NCBI GenBank assembly: GCA_963751805.1
Contig: CAVVVU010000018.1
Location: 3,307-67,306, forward strand
DNA length: 64,000 bases
DNA from: an uncultured Acidobacteriota bacterium
GTDB lineage: Bacteria > Acidobacteriota > Terriglobia > Terriglobales > Acidobacteriaceae
Reading direction: 5' to 3'
Under the pieces are notes generated by a model, which was not told where the DNA came from, did no database searches, and saw only the letters and a list, made by a program, of their open reading frames with translations. The stretch's first letter is position 1. The number at the start of each line of letters is the position of its first letter. Both the position numbers and the translations under genes were made by a program. Positions 29,431-40,437 of the stretch are shown in pieces.

Positions 29431-30666
29431 ATGAGATGCATGCCGCACCAATTGCCTAGCTTGCTAGACTCCGCAACGGAACAGGAAAGGTCGCGAAAGC
29501 CACTGCGCGTCCTTTTTGCGCATAACCGTTATCGCAATCGGGGCGGAGAAGATGAATCGCGGGATCAGGAGATGCTGATACTGCGATCGAACGGCCAAGA
29601 AGTCTTTGAATATCTTGTCGACAACAAGGATATTTCGGGAACAAATTATCTTTCAGCAGGTTTGCAGTCGGTATGGAGCAAGCAACAGCAGGGGCACATA
29701 TCCAGCGTGATACGGGAAGTGCGTCCAGATATCCTAAAGGTGGACAACTATTTTCCCATCCTTTCGCCGTCTGTCTTTGAAGCAGCAAAGTCCATGGGCG
29801 TTTCGACAGTGCTGTCGGTTCGGAATTATCGCCTGATCTGCCCGGGCACTTCGCTCTTTCGCGATGGAAAGATCTGCCAGGACTGTGTTGGAAGCAAATT
29901 TGCACTCCCGGCAATACGTCACAAGTGCTATCGGGGGAGTTATGTCCAATCCGCGGCAGTCTCGATCGGCAACAGCTTCGCGCATATGAGGGGCACCTGG
30001 CGGGACTCGATCGACAGGTACATCGCAGTGAGCGAATTTGTAAAGCGCGAGTTGATTCGCGGGGGCTTCCCGGGTCACAAGATATCCGTCAAAAGTAACT
30101 CCATCGTAGATACCGGTGTGGGGGACGGTTCCGGGGCCTATGCGCTCTTTGTCGGAAGACTTATTCCCGAAAAAGGGATTCGAACGATGCTCGACGCGTG
30201 GAAGAGGATTGGCGCCTCCCTTCCGCTCAAGATTATTGGCGAAGGAGCCCTTGAAGAACAGGTCATGGAAGCGAGTCTCAACAATCCAGCAATCGAGTAT
30301 TTAAAGCGAAAGCCCATCTCCGAAGTATGTGATTACATGGGTCGCGCCACGGTCCTCGTCTTTCCATCTGAATGGTATGAGCCTTTTGGCCGCTCGATTG
30401 TTGAGGCATATTCAAAAGGCACGCCTGTCATCGCGGCAGACACAGAGCCGATGAGGGACATGATTGAGGACGGCAAAACTGGGTTGTTCTTCAAGCCGGG
30501 CGATAGTGGCGACTTTGCGACGAAAGTTTTATCCTTGATTCAAGACACCAAGCATCTTTCCTATATGCGAGACCAGTCTCGGCAGCGGTATCTGGCGAAT
30601 TACTCAGCTGAGCAGAATTATCGACAGCTGAGGGAGATTTTTGATCATGCCATGTCTGTTCAGTAA
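29431..30666 (+). CDS. Glycosyltransferase family 4
   Basis: HNRY...GGED, FVGRLIPEKG, PSEWYEPFGRSIVEAYSKGTPVI. Confidence 0.92.
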   Translation: MRCMPHQLPSLLDSATEQERSRKPLRVLFAHNRYRNRGGEDESRDQEMLILRSNGQEVFEYLVDNKDISGTNYLSAGLQSVWSKQQQGHISSVIREVRPDILKVDNYFPILSPSVFEAAKSMGVSTVLSVRNYRLICPGTSLFRDGKICQDCVGSKFALPAIRHKCYRGSYVQSAAVSIGNSFAHMRGTWRDSIDRYIAVSEFVKRELIRGGFPGHKISVKSNSIVDTGVGDGSGAYALFVGRLIPEKGIRTMLDAWKRIGASLPLKIIGEGALEEQVMEASLNNPAIEYLKRKPISEVCDYMGRATVLVFPSEWYEPFGRSIVEAYSKGTPVIAADTEPMRDMIEDGKTGLFFKPGDSGDFATKVLSLIQDTKHLSYMRDQSRQRYLANYSAEQNYRQLREIFDHAMSVQ

Positions 30667-30771
30667 TCAGCCCAGAATGTGGGATCGACGTGTTGATCGT
30701 TTTCTCTTAAGTTGATGTTTTACACACTTGTTTGTTTTACGAATGAAGACTCAAAGACTCGGAGCCTAGCA

Positions 30772-33078
30772 ATGATCGAAAATGTTCCACAGACCATGGC
30801 GAGAAATCAGTTGTCGCTAGACAGCCGCGATTCTCTTGCCCTCGATCCGAATCCCGGACAAAGCCCGAATCAATATCAGACGGTCTCCGGGCTGCTGCGC
30901 ATCTTGCGGCAGCGGTGGAAACTTGTTTTGATTACGGCGTTGACGATCATTGCGCTTGGCATCGGTGTCTATTTTCTGATCAACGCGTACGGTGCGACAA
31001 CCATTATAGAAATCAACAAAGACGACCCATCGGACAATGACGGTTCGCGGGCAAACGGAGCTGCGCTCACGGCCGACGAGATCAAGAACGAGGTCCAGAC
31101 TGATGTCAACATTCTGCAGACAAACGATAGTCTTGGCATTGCAGTCATCAAGAAATTGGATCTGTTGAAGGAGAAGTCGTTTGCGAAGGCCGTAGACGCC
31201 AGCGAGAAAGGCAAACCACTTGACCAGGCGCCGCGGACCAGAGACAAGGCTTTGAACATGCTTCACAGCCGGTTGAAGATCGAGTCGCCGACAGACACGC
31301 GGCTGATCACCATTTTTTATAAGAGCGGCGATCCGGTGCTGGCGGCAAACATCACCAACACGCTGGCTCGTACGTTCATTGACGACACGCTCTCGCGACG
31401 TCAACGGTCGATCTTGTCTTCTTCAACCTGGCTTCAACATGAGTTGGCCGATCTGAAGAAGCAGGTGGAAGACTCCCAACAGAAACTTGCCGACTACCAG
31501 CGCAGCACCGGACTCGCCGGCATCGAGCTTACCGGCACAGCCAATGGAAATGGCGGAACCACGGTCTCAGTGACTCCGCAAAACACGGTAACGTCTCGCC
31601 TTCTAACCCTGAACCAGGAGCTAACCGCGGCGGAAGCGAACCGCATTTCGACACAAGCAGTTGACAATCTAGTTCGTTCGAACGATCCCGAGGTGGTACT
31701 GGGGCTGGGACCAATGAGCGTGTCCGGAGGCAACGGGGGCGGAGGTAGTTCCGTCACTCCAGAGAGCGTTGCTTTGATCAGTCAGCTTCGATCTCAGCTG
31801 GCGGACCTTGAAAGGCAGTTAGCTTCCTCCACGGTGAAATATGGCGCCAATAATCCTCGCCTCATCGATCTTCACCAACAGCGCGACGCGGTGAAGTCGG
31901 AGCTGAATGCAGAGCTAGGGCGGGTCAGGCAACGCGCCGCCAGCGACTTTCAATATGCCAAGCTGAATGAGGACGCGATTCGGTCGCAGTTCAAGAAGCA
32001 GGAAGACGCTGCCAACGAGATGACGGACAAGAGCGTCAAGCTGCAGATCCTCGCGCAGGAAGCCTTCTCTAACCAGGCTTTGTACCAGAGCCTTTTTTCA
32101 AAGTTACAGACTTCAACGCTCGCTTCGGGCACGCGCGCGACGAGGATTGACGTGGTTGCCGAGGCGGTACCTGCCGGGCTTCCAAGTTTTCCGAAGTGGA
32201 CTCCGTACCTGCTGGCAGTGCTTGGCGTTGCAATGTTTTTAGGAGTAACGGCAGCCTTTGTTCGCGAGAGTTTTGACGAAACAGTACGGACACCTCAAGA
32301 CATGGCAGACATCAAAGGGCTGATGATGCCGGGATACATCCCCCGTCTCCAGTCCCTGCTTGCCGAAGACTCCGGCCCTGGCGGATCTCAGCTCATCGCG
32401 TCTCCGGACTCGCCCTTCTCAGAAGCGTTTCGGGCGCTGCGCACCTCTATCGGCCTGGCGCTCGACATGAGTCGACCGAGGACCATGCTGGTGACGAGCG
32501 CGCTGGGCGGCGCAGGAAAGACGACGGTCACCTACAACCTTGGCGTGGCCTTTGCGCAGCAGGGAATGCGTGTGATTCTGGTGGACGCGGACCTTCGGAA
32601 CCCTGACCTACACCGGCTTTTTTCGACGCCTCAGACACCCGGCTTGAGTGAAGCCTGCACCCAATCCATGCAGACGGAAACGCAAGGGATCGTGCAGCAC
32701 GCAGTGCTGCCCTCTTTGTACATGCTGCCGGCAGGAAAGCGTCCGCAGTTGCCGGCTGAGGTACTCGGATCAGCGGCCTTTGACGCCCTGATTCGCAAGC
32801 TGTCGACGCAATACGACTACGTGCTGATTGATAGTCCGCCCATTTTGGCCGTAACGGATGCATCCATCATTGCAACGAAGGTCAAGGCGGTGGTGGCGGT
32901 AGTTCGTTCACGAAGCACAACGCGACTTGCCCTGTCCGCACTCGTACAGGCTATCCAACGAACCCATGTACCGTCCTTCAGCTTCGTGTTGAATGATGTA
33001 CAGAATCCGACGCTCGATGGATTTTACGAATACAGTTACTCTCGCCGGAAAGGGGACCAACTTGCAGCCAGCGCTTAA
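30772..33078 (+). CDS. wzc: Wzc-type polysaccharide co-polymerase / tyrosine autokinase
   Basis: Two TM helices, coiled coil, EAFRALRTS, Walker A GGAGKTT, VDADLRNP, IDSPP, C-terminal Tyr cluster FYEYSY. Confidence 0.92.
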   Translation: MIENVPQTMARNQLSLDSRDSLALDPNPGQSPNQYQTVSGLLRILRQRWKLVLITALTIIALGIGVYFLINAYGATTIIEINKDDPSDNDGSRANGAALTADEIKNEVQTDVNILQTNDSLGIAVIKKLDLLKEKSFAKAVDASEKGKPLDQAPRTRDKALNMLHSRLKIESPTDTRLITIFYKSGDPVLAANITNTLARTFIDDTLSRRQRSILSSSTWLQHELADLKKQVEDSQQKLADYQRSTGLAGIELTGTANGNGGTTVSVTPQNTVTSRLLTLNQELTAAEANRISTQAVDNLVRSNDPEVVLGLGPMSVSGGNGGGGSSVTPESVALISQLRSQLADLERQLASSTVKYGANNPRLIDLHQQRDAVKSELNAELGRVRQRAASDFQYAKLNEDAIRSQFKKQEDAANEMTDKSVKLQILAQEAFSNQALYQSLFSKLQTSTLASGTRATRIDVVAEAVPAGLPSFPKWTPYLLAVLGVAMFLGVTAAFVRESFDETVRTPQDMADIKGLMMPGYIPRLQSLLAEDSGPGGSQLIASPDSPFSEAFRALRTSIGLALDMSRPRTMLVTSALGGAGKTTVTYNLGVAFAQQGMRVILVDADLRNPDLHRLFSTPQTPGLSEACTQSMQTETQGIVQHAVLPSLYMLPAGKRPQLPAEVLGSAAFDALIRKLSTQYDYVLIDSPPILAVTDASIIATKVKAVVAVVRSRSTTRLALSALVQAIQRTHVPSFSFVLNDVQNPTLDGFYEYSYSRRKGDQLAASA

Positions 33079-34096
33079 GTTACTCATTCATCGCACGGGT
33101 CCAATTGGCCTTCTGACCTTGGGGCTCCACATTGCAACTGCCGGATATGCTTTGGGGCAGTACACTCCTGCGCCAAAAGTAGGTGGTACGAGCACCTTTG
33201 ATGCAGCTCAGGGACCGAGCGGGAACGAAGCCGCAACAACAAGGCACCGGCTCACGCCACTGGCGTCTGTTCCAGAGGACTTCTCTACGCTGAAGCTCGC
33301 TCCAGGATTCCTGCTCAACATGGAAGTGTTCGACACGCCGGAATATTCGCTTGAACTTCGAATTGATTCGGGGGGAGATGTCAGCCTTCCGATGATCGGC
33401 AAGATTCACATAGCCGACTTGACGCTGGTGGAAGCCTCCTCGAAGATCGCGACGGCCTTACGCGAGGGCAAGATCCTGAATAATCCCAACGTGAACCTCA
33501 ACGTCGAGGAATACGCAGGGCGGGAAGTCACCGTGCTGGGTGAGGTTCGGACGCCAGGGCGAGTAGAGATGCTGGCCCCGCGCCATCTCGACGACGTGAT
33601 TGCGATGGCCGGCGGTGAGACTGAATTTGCGGGCAAAACAATCGAGATCCGCCATGAGGCGGGTGCTGAACCGCGCAATGATGTGATCCACTACTCACGG
33701 AATACGGACAACCATATTTTGAGCGACACGGTGGTCAAGCCCGGGGACACGGTGACCGTGAAACGCGCCGGGATTGTTTACGTTTTGGGCGGAGTGACCC
33801 GGCCCGGGGGCTACCTGATGCAGGAAGACGGAGACTTGAATGTGACGCAGGCACTCGCGCTCGCGTATGGAACGACTATGCCAGCGGCCGTCGGCTCGAT
33901 GCGGTTGATTCGCAAAAAGGATGATGGCATGGTTGAAGAGTTGCCGATACCTTATCGGGACATTATGAAAGGCAAAGTTGCTCCTCCGCGGCTTCAGGCC
34001 GAGGATGTAATCTACGTGCCAATCAGCAAGACGAAGGTGATTCTTGCGGCTGGCCTGGTGAACACCGCGGTTGCCGCAGCCGTTATCTACCATTAA
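33062..34096 (+). CDS. wza: Polysaccharide export protein (Wza/Poly_export + SLBB)
   Basis: RIDSGGDVSLPMIG, VTVLGEVRTPG, VYVLGGVTRPGG, LQAEDVIYVP; probable TTG start behind AAAGGGG. Confidence 0.88.
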   Translation: MQPALKLLIHRTGPIGLLTLGLHIATAGYALGQYTPAPKVGGTSTFDAAQGPSGNEAATTRHRLTPLASVPEDFSTLKLAPGFLLNMEVFDTPEYSLELRIDSGGDVSLPMIGKIHIADLTLVEASSKIATALREGKILNNPNVNLNVEEYAGREVTVLGEVRTPGRVEMLAPRHLDDVIAMAGGETEFAGKTIEIRHEAGAEPRNDVIHYSRNTDNHILSDTVVKPGDTVTVKRAGIVYVLGGVTRPGGYLMQEDGDLNVTQALALAYGTTMPAAVGSMRLIRKKDDGMVEELPIPYRDIMKGKVAPPRLQAEDVIYVPISKTKVILAAGLVNTAVAAAVIYH

Positions 34097-34193
34097 CCAA
34101 ACCGGCCGCGGAGGGGAGAGACCCCGGAACCTACAACGACGGAGCCGCTGGCTTGGGTAGCAGCGGCGCCGCATAACCCGCCAAGGAAAAACA

Positions 34194-35300
34194 TTGAAGA
34201 CGCCTGCTACTACAGACGCCCTAAGAGATTTTCAGACGCGGAGTTACTTCCCTGCCCTTGATGGAATTCGGGCCGTAAGTGTCCTGATGGTGATGTCAAA
34301 TCACCTGCACAGTAACTTCGCGTTCATGCATCGTCTTCCGGGATGGTCGGGAGTGGATGTCTTCTGCGTGCTCAGTGGGTTTCTCATCACGACGCTTCTG
34401 ATTCGCGAGGAGAACGAGACGGGAACCGTACAACTGAAGGCGTTCTACCTTCGAAGGTTTTTCCGGATCGTTCCTATCTTTCTTCTGGTTCTCGCTCTCT
34501 ATGCGCCCTTGGCGTATTTCGGGGAACACGGAAGCCGCTGGGCCGCATACAAGTCAGCGCTTCCGCTGTATCTAACGTTCAACCAGGATTTTGTACCTCA
34601 TGAAGCGCCGTTCAGCTTCAGCTGGACGTTGGGGATCGAAGAGAAATTCTATCTGGTCTGGCCATATCTGGCCTTTGTTCTTTGTCGAAGGCTGCGAGAC
34701 CGTGCTTTGATGGCGAGCCTCTTCTTTGCAATCTCCAGCGGCGTTTACCTGGCCATGGAAAGTTCGTACGATCGGGTTTTCTTCCAGGCTCGCTCGTATG
34801 CAGCTCTTGCGATCGGCGCTTTACTGGCGTGTTTTCTGGCCAGTAAAGCCGCTCGCATCTATTCCATCTGGCTCAATCGTGTGCCGACCGTACTTCCACC
34901 TGCTCTTGTGATTGTTTCCCTCGGGTTGATCGTCTATGACCGCAGATACCTCCTCTTGTTTGACGTGGCGGTTGCGTTACTGATCTCACATCTATTGCTG
35001 GAGTCGGGTCCGTTGCGCAGGTGGCTGTCCAGTGCGATTCCAGTGTGGATCGGAAAACGGTCCTACGCGATGTATCTGACTCACTTGCTCATTCTTAATC
35101 CGCTACGAATCCTGGTTCGTCCGAAGAATGTACTAGCTGAACTAGGCGTGTTGCTGGTTGCCTATGTGCTTACCGCCGGTCTGGCTCATCTCCTCTATCT
35201 TTTCTTGGAGCAGCCGATGAGGAGACTAGGAAAGCGGATAGCGGCCCCCTGGGTACTGCGGCAAGAGGCATCGGTTGCAGCCATCTCCGCGGCCGGCTGA
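34194..35300 (+). CDS. Acyltransferase family 3 (OafA-like)
   Basis: PALDGIRA, GVDVFCVLSGFLIT, FYLRRFFRI, WTLGIEEKFYLVWP, SYAMYLTH. Confidence 0.92.
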   Translation: MKTPATTDALRDFQTRSYFPALDGIRAVSVLMVMSNHLHSNFAFMHRLPGWSGVDVFCVLSGFLITTLLIREENETGTVQLKAFYLRRFFRIVPIFLLVLALYAPLAYFGEHGSRWAAYKSALPLYLTFNQDFVPHEAPFSFSWTLGIEEKFYLVWPYLAFVLCRRLRDRALMASLFFAISSGVYLAMESSYDRVFFQARSYAALAIGALLACFLASKAARIYSIWLNRVPTVLPPALVIVSLGLIVYDRRYLLLFDVAVALLISHLLLESGPLRRWLSSAIPVWIGKRSYAMYLTHLLILNPLRILVRPKNVLAELGVLLVAYVLTAGLAHLLYLFLEQPMRRLGKRIAAPWVLRQEASVAAISAAG

Positions 35301-35377
35301 CACTTAGAAGATCGCGGATTACACATGAGTGCGCGTGCAAAGCGACGATGAACAACTTAGCATCTGATTAGGCGAGA

Positions 35378-36721
35378 GTGATTATGGGTCTACCACAAAC
35401 AACCGTCGAAAAGCAGTACCCCGTACTGTATTGGATGACCCTCGTCTATCTCATCGGGATACCGAATTTCATACACTTCGACGTTACCGGCAGGACACAC
35501 AGCCAGGGAACTTTCAACCTTACATCCATAAGCCAGATTGCCATCGCGCTGCTCTCAGCCTACGTCCTTGCCATGACCTCGCTGTTGAATCGGCTCCCGC
35601 TGCTTTGTCGAAAGATTGAACTTGCACTCTGGTTGTGGATCCCTCTTCTTCTTCAGCTGGTGGTGTCCACCATGCTTCAACCCTCCAGCAGGCTGACGCC
35701 GTATTCGCCGACGGATAAAATCATTAGCCTTTACAGGCTGGCAGAGTGGATCATTGCCTTTTCGTTGCTGGTGGCACTCTATACTCGAAGTCCGGTTAAG
35801 CAATCGGCTGTATTGATCGGCCAACTGATCGGGCGCTTCTCATGGGCGTGGATGATGATCGTCTGGGTGGTTCTCCCCATCATGCCGTCGCAAGCATATG
35901 GAGCATCCGACGAATTAGCCTCGGCGGTTTCGCAGCTAGGTGGGCAATTGATTGCTCCCTCGTATCTAGCCACCTTGGCGATTGCTGCCTTTTTCTACGC
36001 GCTCTTCTTTTTTCCAAAAGGGCTATATCGGACTATGGGATGCCTTCTTGCCACGGTTACGATCTTTTTAGCCCATACCCGAATCGAACAGCTGAGTTTT
36101 ATGCTGCTGCTGATCATTTACTGTACTTTTTTCTCTACAAGACTCATGCGGTTGATCACCATTTCATTTGCCGTGGTTGTGATTCCCGTAGTGTTGGTAT
36201 TGCGGGATACCTTAATGCAGTACTTCTCTCGCGGTCAGGCGATGAAGACTCTAACTACCTTGAATGATCGTACCCTGGTATGGGCAGCGGGCATTGAGGC
36301 GATCAAAGAGCGACCGTTGATCGGTTATGGATTTCTGGCGGGAGCCAAGAACGCGATCCGGGACCACTGGATTTACATGAACTGGACTCCTCCACATGCA
36401 CACAACGAGTTCATTCAAGCAATGCTGAGCGGAGGACTTCTTGCCTTGCTTCTGGTTGTAGCAATCTATGCTCGCACACTGTGGGTTGCCCTGCGTGCCG
36501 CTTCCAAAAGCCGGGAAAGTACCCTGCTTCTATTCCTCATGATTCTCTTTGTCGTGAGGGCGATCGGCGGTTCGAACTTCACCATTGCCTATACCCGCGT
36601 AGGAGCTTTGTTCCTTTTGACTTTCATTGGAATTACGGCCGGCGCCAAGGATGCTGTTCTCGCCAACCTGCGCACATTCCAGACGTCACGTGAACACAGT
36701 GTCCACGAAGTCAGCGCTTGA
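35378..36721 (+). CDS. O-antigen ligase / Wzy polymerase family membrane protein
   Basis: About 11 TM segments, R..VW...I.ERPLIGYGF and HAHNEFIQ (Wzy_C). Confidence 0.85.
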   Translation: MIMGLPQTTVEKQYPVLYWMTLVYLIGIPNFIHFDVTGRTHSQGTFNLTSISQIAIALLSAYVLAMTSLLNRLPLLCRKIELALWLWIPLLLQLVVSTMLQPSSRLTPYSPTDKIISLYRLAEWIIAFSLLVALYTRSPVKQSAVLIGQLIGRFSWAWMMIVWVVLPIMPSQAYGASDELASAVSQLGGQLIAPSYLATLAIAAFFYALFFFPKGLYRTMGCLLATVTIFLAHTRIEQLSFMLLLIIYCTFFSTRLMRLITISFAVVVIPVVLVLRDTLMQYFSRGQAMKTLTTLNDRTLVWAAGIEAIKERPLIGYGFLAGAKNAIRDHWIYMNWTPPHAHNEFIQAMLSGGLLALLLVVAIYARTLWVALRAASKSRESTLLLFLMILFVVRAIGGSNFTIAYTRVGALFLLTFIGITAGAKDAVLANLRTFQTSREHSVHEVSA

Positions 36722-36853
36722 TAATGCGAACGTGCAGCCGCGATTGCTCGAACATCCTGCCTGGCCTTGCCAGTGTCAGCCAGCGGTACTACCGCAGAGA
36801 CAAGAAACGTCGTGACAAAAGCTATCGAGTTCTACCTCGCCAAGGAAGATTGA

Positions 36854-38188
36854 ATGTCTTTTGCAATTGATGAAGCCGCGGTTCGTGAGCCCCTCGGCGC
36901 AAGGCTTCTTAAGAGATTAGGAGGTGGACGCACGCCGGCTGCCCTCTTCGATCAGGGTCTTGTGAGTGGCGCCAATTTCCTCACGAATGTGCTGCTGGCA
37001 CGAGGATTCGGGATAAGAGAATACGGTGTTTTCGCGCTAGCATGGATAGCTGTGTTATTTGCCAACAGCTTGCAATATGCGCTCATCGTCACACCCATGA
37101 TGAGCATCGGCCCTAAACAACTGGAGGAGGACCGGAGCACGTACTACGGCGCTGTGATGGTCCAAGAGGGTTGCTTTGCGACGCTGGCCGCTTTCCTGAT
37201 GTATGTTGCAATTCGCCTGTCGATCTATTTTTTCCCTCAATGGGGCGTGAGCGACCTGGCGCTTCCCTTGAGCTTTGCAACCTTTGCCTATCTTCTTCAG
37301 GAGTTCTTGCGACGCTACTTCTTCTGTACCCGGCAGAGCAAGCGGGCGCTCATCACTGATTCGGTGAGCTACCTGACGCAGCTACCCCTCATTTTCTGGA
37401 TCTCGCAGAGCCACTCCGGAAAACTCGCCACCATACTCTGGGTGATTGCAGCGACAAGCGCTATTGGGTTTTTCACGTGCGTTCGTTGGTACGAACGGGT
37501 GCGCTTAACTCAACAGGCCGTCCGCTCCGTGTTTTGGCGACATTGGAGAATGTCCCGCTGGCTCGTCCCGACTGCTTTCATGCAGTGGGGGGCGGGCAAC
37601 CTTTTCCTCATGGCGGCGCCGATTTACTACGGAGCGGCTGCCTCCGCAACCATCCGCGCGGCGAACAACATAGTCGGCGTAGCGCACGTTTGGTTTTTGG
37701 GTCTGGATAACGTCGTACCGGCAGAGGCTTCCCGTCAACTACGCAAAAACGGTCTGGACGGGATGATGCACTACGTTGAGAAGGTCATGTTTCAATGGGG
37801 AGGCGTCACTCTTGGCTTCACATCCCTGGTTGCAGCTTTCCCTACTTTCTGGCTGAAATTGGCTTATGGGTCGAAATACTCGTCTGACGGATCTGTCTTA
37901 CGCCTGTACGCTCTTCTTTATATTTTTATCTTCATGTCAGGTCCGCTGCGAGCCGGCTTGCAGGCCCTGGAATATACGGCACCCGTGTTCTGGGCCTATC
38001 CTGCAATGATTACTTTCTCCGTCCTGCTTGCCGGTCCAATGGCTCGGGGATTAGGCCTGAATGGCGTGATGATCGGTATGTGCGCAACGCAACTTATCGC
38101 ACAGACGCTTGTCGGCACCGCCTTTCTGATCCGTGTCAGAAAATTAAGACGACAAGGTTACGTCGTGGAAGAGACACACCTGGGATGA
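36854..38188 (+). CDS. Wzx-like polysaccharide flippase
   Basis: DQGLVSGANF..NVLLAR...EYGVF, about 12 TM segments; position in a Wzy locus. Confidence 0.8.
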   Translation: MSFAIDEAAVREPLGARLLKRLGGGRTPAALFDQGLVSGANFLTNVLLARGFGIREYGVFALAWIAVLFANSLQYALIVTPMMSIGPKQLEEDRSTYYGAVMVQEGCFATLAAFLMYVAIRLSIYFFPQWGVSDLALPLSFATFAYLLQEFLRRYFFCTRQSKRALITDSVSYLTQLPLIFWISQSHSGKLATILWVIAATSAIGFFTCVRWYERVRLTQQAVRSVFWRHWRMSRWLVPTAFMQWGAGNLFLMAAPIYYGAAASATIRAANNIVGVAHVWFLGLDNVVPAEASRQLRKNGLDGMMHYVEKVMFQWGGVTLGFTSLVAAFPTFWLKLAYGSKYSSDGSVLRLYALLYIFIFMSGPLRAGLQALEYTAPVFWAYPAMITFSVLLAGPMARGLGLNGVMIGMCATQLIAQTLVGTAFLIRVRKLRRQGYVVEETHLG

Positions 38189-40395
38189 CAATTAAGAATC
38201 TCATCCACTCTATGACTCAGGCAAGGTACGTGCGTAGCCTGACGTCCATCGTTTTCTTCCTTGGTTGCATACCATCGTTCGCATCTACCTACACATTTTC
38301 TGCACCTCACTTGACGATGCGTGCGGGGGATCCTGTTCCTCCGCTCATCTTTAGCATCGACCGGGTCTCGGGCAAATACTCCAAGCTGTTTGCCGGCGAA
38401 CCGTCGCTTTCGACAGATGTTACGGCGGGCTCGAGGGTCGGGAGCTATCCCATCCGGATCAAGCAAGGGAACTTGAGACCGTTGGTAAGTGGCGACCAGT
38501 TCAAGTTTGTCGATGGGTCGATCGATGTCATTGGAGCGGACGGGATCGGCGCCCACATCCAGAACAATGTTGTATATCCACCCGGGTTTCTGGCCGGTCC
38601 GGCGAACCATCCAGCTCTGGATGTAACAAACAATCAGATCGGGAACCTGGTGGGCGACTGTAAGACGGATAACGCGCAGTCGTTCGAGAAGTTGTTAACT
38701 CAGAACGGTACTCGCACTCGCACGACGACCAATGGTGGGGCGTTCCCGCTTTACCTGTACTTCCCGCCTGGATGTTATGCCACAAGCCAGCCCCTGACGA
38801 TCTATGGGAATTCATGGACGTTCTGGGGCTCGGGGCCGCAGCGGTCTTACATCCGACTGATTCCCAATTCCGAAGCATTCAACACAGGGCACCCGACGCA
38901 ATTTTTCAGCCCCCAGAGTGTCGGGGGAAACAGCAATTTTCGGGAGTACCTCTACAACTTAGGGTTCGAAATCGGCGTTGGAAACCCCGATGCCATACCC
39001 ATCACAACAGTTCAAAATAATTCGGGTGCGATCCGGAATGTGCAGGTGTGGGCCGACGACTCGACTTGCCCGTATGCGTTGAATTTCAATCGCGCGTATC
39101 CAGGGCCGATGCTCATCAAAGACGTGGCCATTTATGGGTGTGCGATGGCGTATTCGTCGGGGCAGAGCGAGTACAACATCACGATTGAAGGTTTCACGAC
39201 AGAAGCACAGACGGGAACTGTGCTTGACAATCACTTCATCAAAGCCAGCATTCGGCATTGGTTGAGCGATAATCAGGGGCTGGCTCTGCATGCCTATGGG
39301 TCGACGAGCTCCAACGTAACGGTGATGGATTCAAAATTGCTGAATGGCAATGCAAGAACCCCAGCCATTCTGGTGGACAAAGCCAATTCTGTCTTCCTTT
39401 CGCATGTCTCTTCGACGGGGTATTCCGCAACAGAGGTCGATAGCGGTACCGGGGCGACGATGACTCGGCCTGGAAACATCGATCAAGCGTGGACGGGGGA
39501 GGCTCAGACCCTTTTCAACCGATCCAGCAAGGCAGATAGCCTGCACATTCCCGCGCGCGAAACTCCGCAGAGCGAAGATCCTCCTGTTGCACAGTGGACA
39601 AAGCTGAGTCAAAGCATCGCATCATGGCCGCAGGAATTCACGCAGGCACGTTCATCGACGGTCTATGCCTCTGCGGGCGTGTATTCTGCGGTGGGATCGA
39701 CATACATCGACGTAAAAGACTCGATCAACCATCTGCAGTTTTTTCAAGCCAAATTCACGTCGAGTTCTCCGCAAATTATCTTCACGGTAGCAGGTAACTC
39801 GCCGACACCGCTCATCATCGATGGATGTCTTTATGAATCATGTCAGATCCGTCACACGGGCAGACGTACAATCGTCCTTCGTGATACCACGTTATACAGT
39901 TACACCTCGCAGGAAGGGTCCGGGGATCTATTTGTCGAAGACAGTGGCTTAAATGGGGGCGCAAACGGTACGCTGCCTTTGCACTTTTACCCTTCGCAGC
40001 ATATCTGGGCCAGACAGCTGAATCTTGAGCAAAAAGTTGCCGCGAAACTTACATGCGCCGGCTGCACTCTCTGGATACTCGGCTACAAAACGGAACAATC
40101 AAGCCCGTCGATGATTCTGAGTGCGGGAGCGCAAGCTGAGGTATTCGGCTTTTTCTTCTACCAGAATACTGCTCCGACCGCAGATGGGAGCGCAAGCATA
40201 TACCTGACGGACTCCAGCTTGTTCGCGACGGGCTGGACGAAAGTCGACGTCCCCGGTCGAGGACAGCCCAATTGGATCGTCGAATCGCAAGGTGGCAAAA
40301 CCATGGCGTTCTCGACGCATGACGTCAATACCTCCCAACAACTCAATGCATTTTTTTCATTCGGAAATGGCAAGCATGCAGGCGAGCATAAGTAG
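38185..40395 (+). CDS. Secreted beta-helix (pectate-lyase-3-like) protein with N-terminal MBG-like domain
   Basis: Signal peptide, MBG-like segment (GDPVPPL...VGSYPI), LYFPPGCY, WARQLNLE, LWILGYKTE; paralogue of 22223-24067. Confidence 0.78.
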   Translation: MTIKNLIHSMTQARYVRSLTSIVFFLGCIPSFASTYTFSAPHLTMRAGDPVPPLIFSIDRVSGKYSKLFAGEPSLSTDVTAGSRVGSYPIRIKQGNLRPLVSGDQFKFVDGSIDVIGADGIGAHIQNNVVYPPGFLAGPANHPALDVTNNQIGNLVGDCKTDNAQSFEKLLTQNGTRTRTTTNGGAFPLYLYFPPGCYATSQPLTIYGNSWTFWGSGPQRSYIRLIPNSEAFNTGHPTQFFSPQSVGGNSNFREYLYNLGFEIGVGNPDAIPITTVQNNSGAIRNVQVWADDSTCPYALNFNRAYPGPMLIKDVAIYGCAMAYSSGQSEYNITIEGFTTEAQTGTVLDNHFIKASIRHWLSDNQGLALHAYGSTSSNVTVMDSKLLNGNARTPAILVDKANSVFLSHVSSTGYSATEVDSGTGATMTRPGNIDQAWTGEAQTLFNRSSKADSLHIPARETPQSEDPPVAQWTKLSQSIASWPQEFTQARSSTVYASAGVYSAVGSTYIDVKDSINHLQFFQAKFTSSSPQIIFTVAGNSPTPLIIDGCLYESCQIRHTGRRTIVLRDTTLYSYTSQEGSGDLFVEDSGLNGGANGTLPLHFYPSQHIWARQLNLEQKVAAKLTCAGCTLWILGYKTEQSSPSMILSAGAQAEVFGFFFYQNTAPTADGSASIYLTDSSLFATGWTKVDVPGRGQPNWIVESQGGKTMAFSTHDVNTSQQLNAFFSFGNGKHAGEHK

Positions 40396-40437
40396 CAGTC
40401 ATTTGTGATCGAGAGAGTAGAGACAGGTTAGGAACAA

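Noticed and set aside
29298-34146. Shared 10-mer CGACGGAGCC in two EPS intergenic regions (29298-29307, 34137-34146) as an ops-like element
   Set aside because: One repeated 10-mer is roughly expected by chance in this much intergenic DNA, and no copy was seen in the operon leader.
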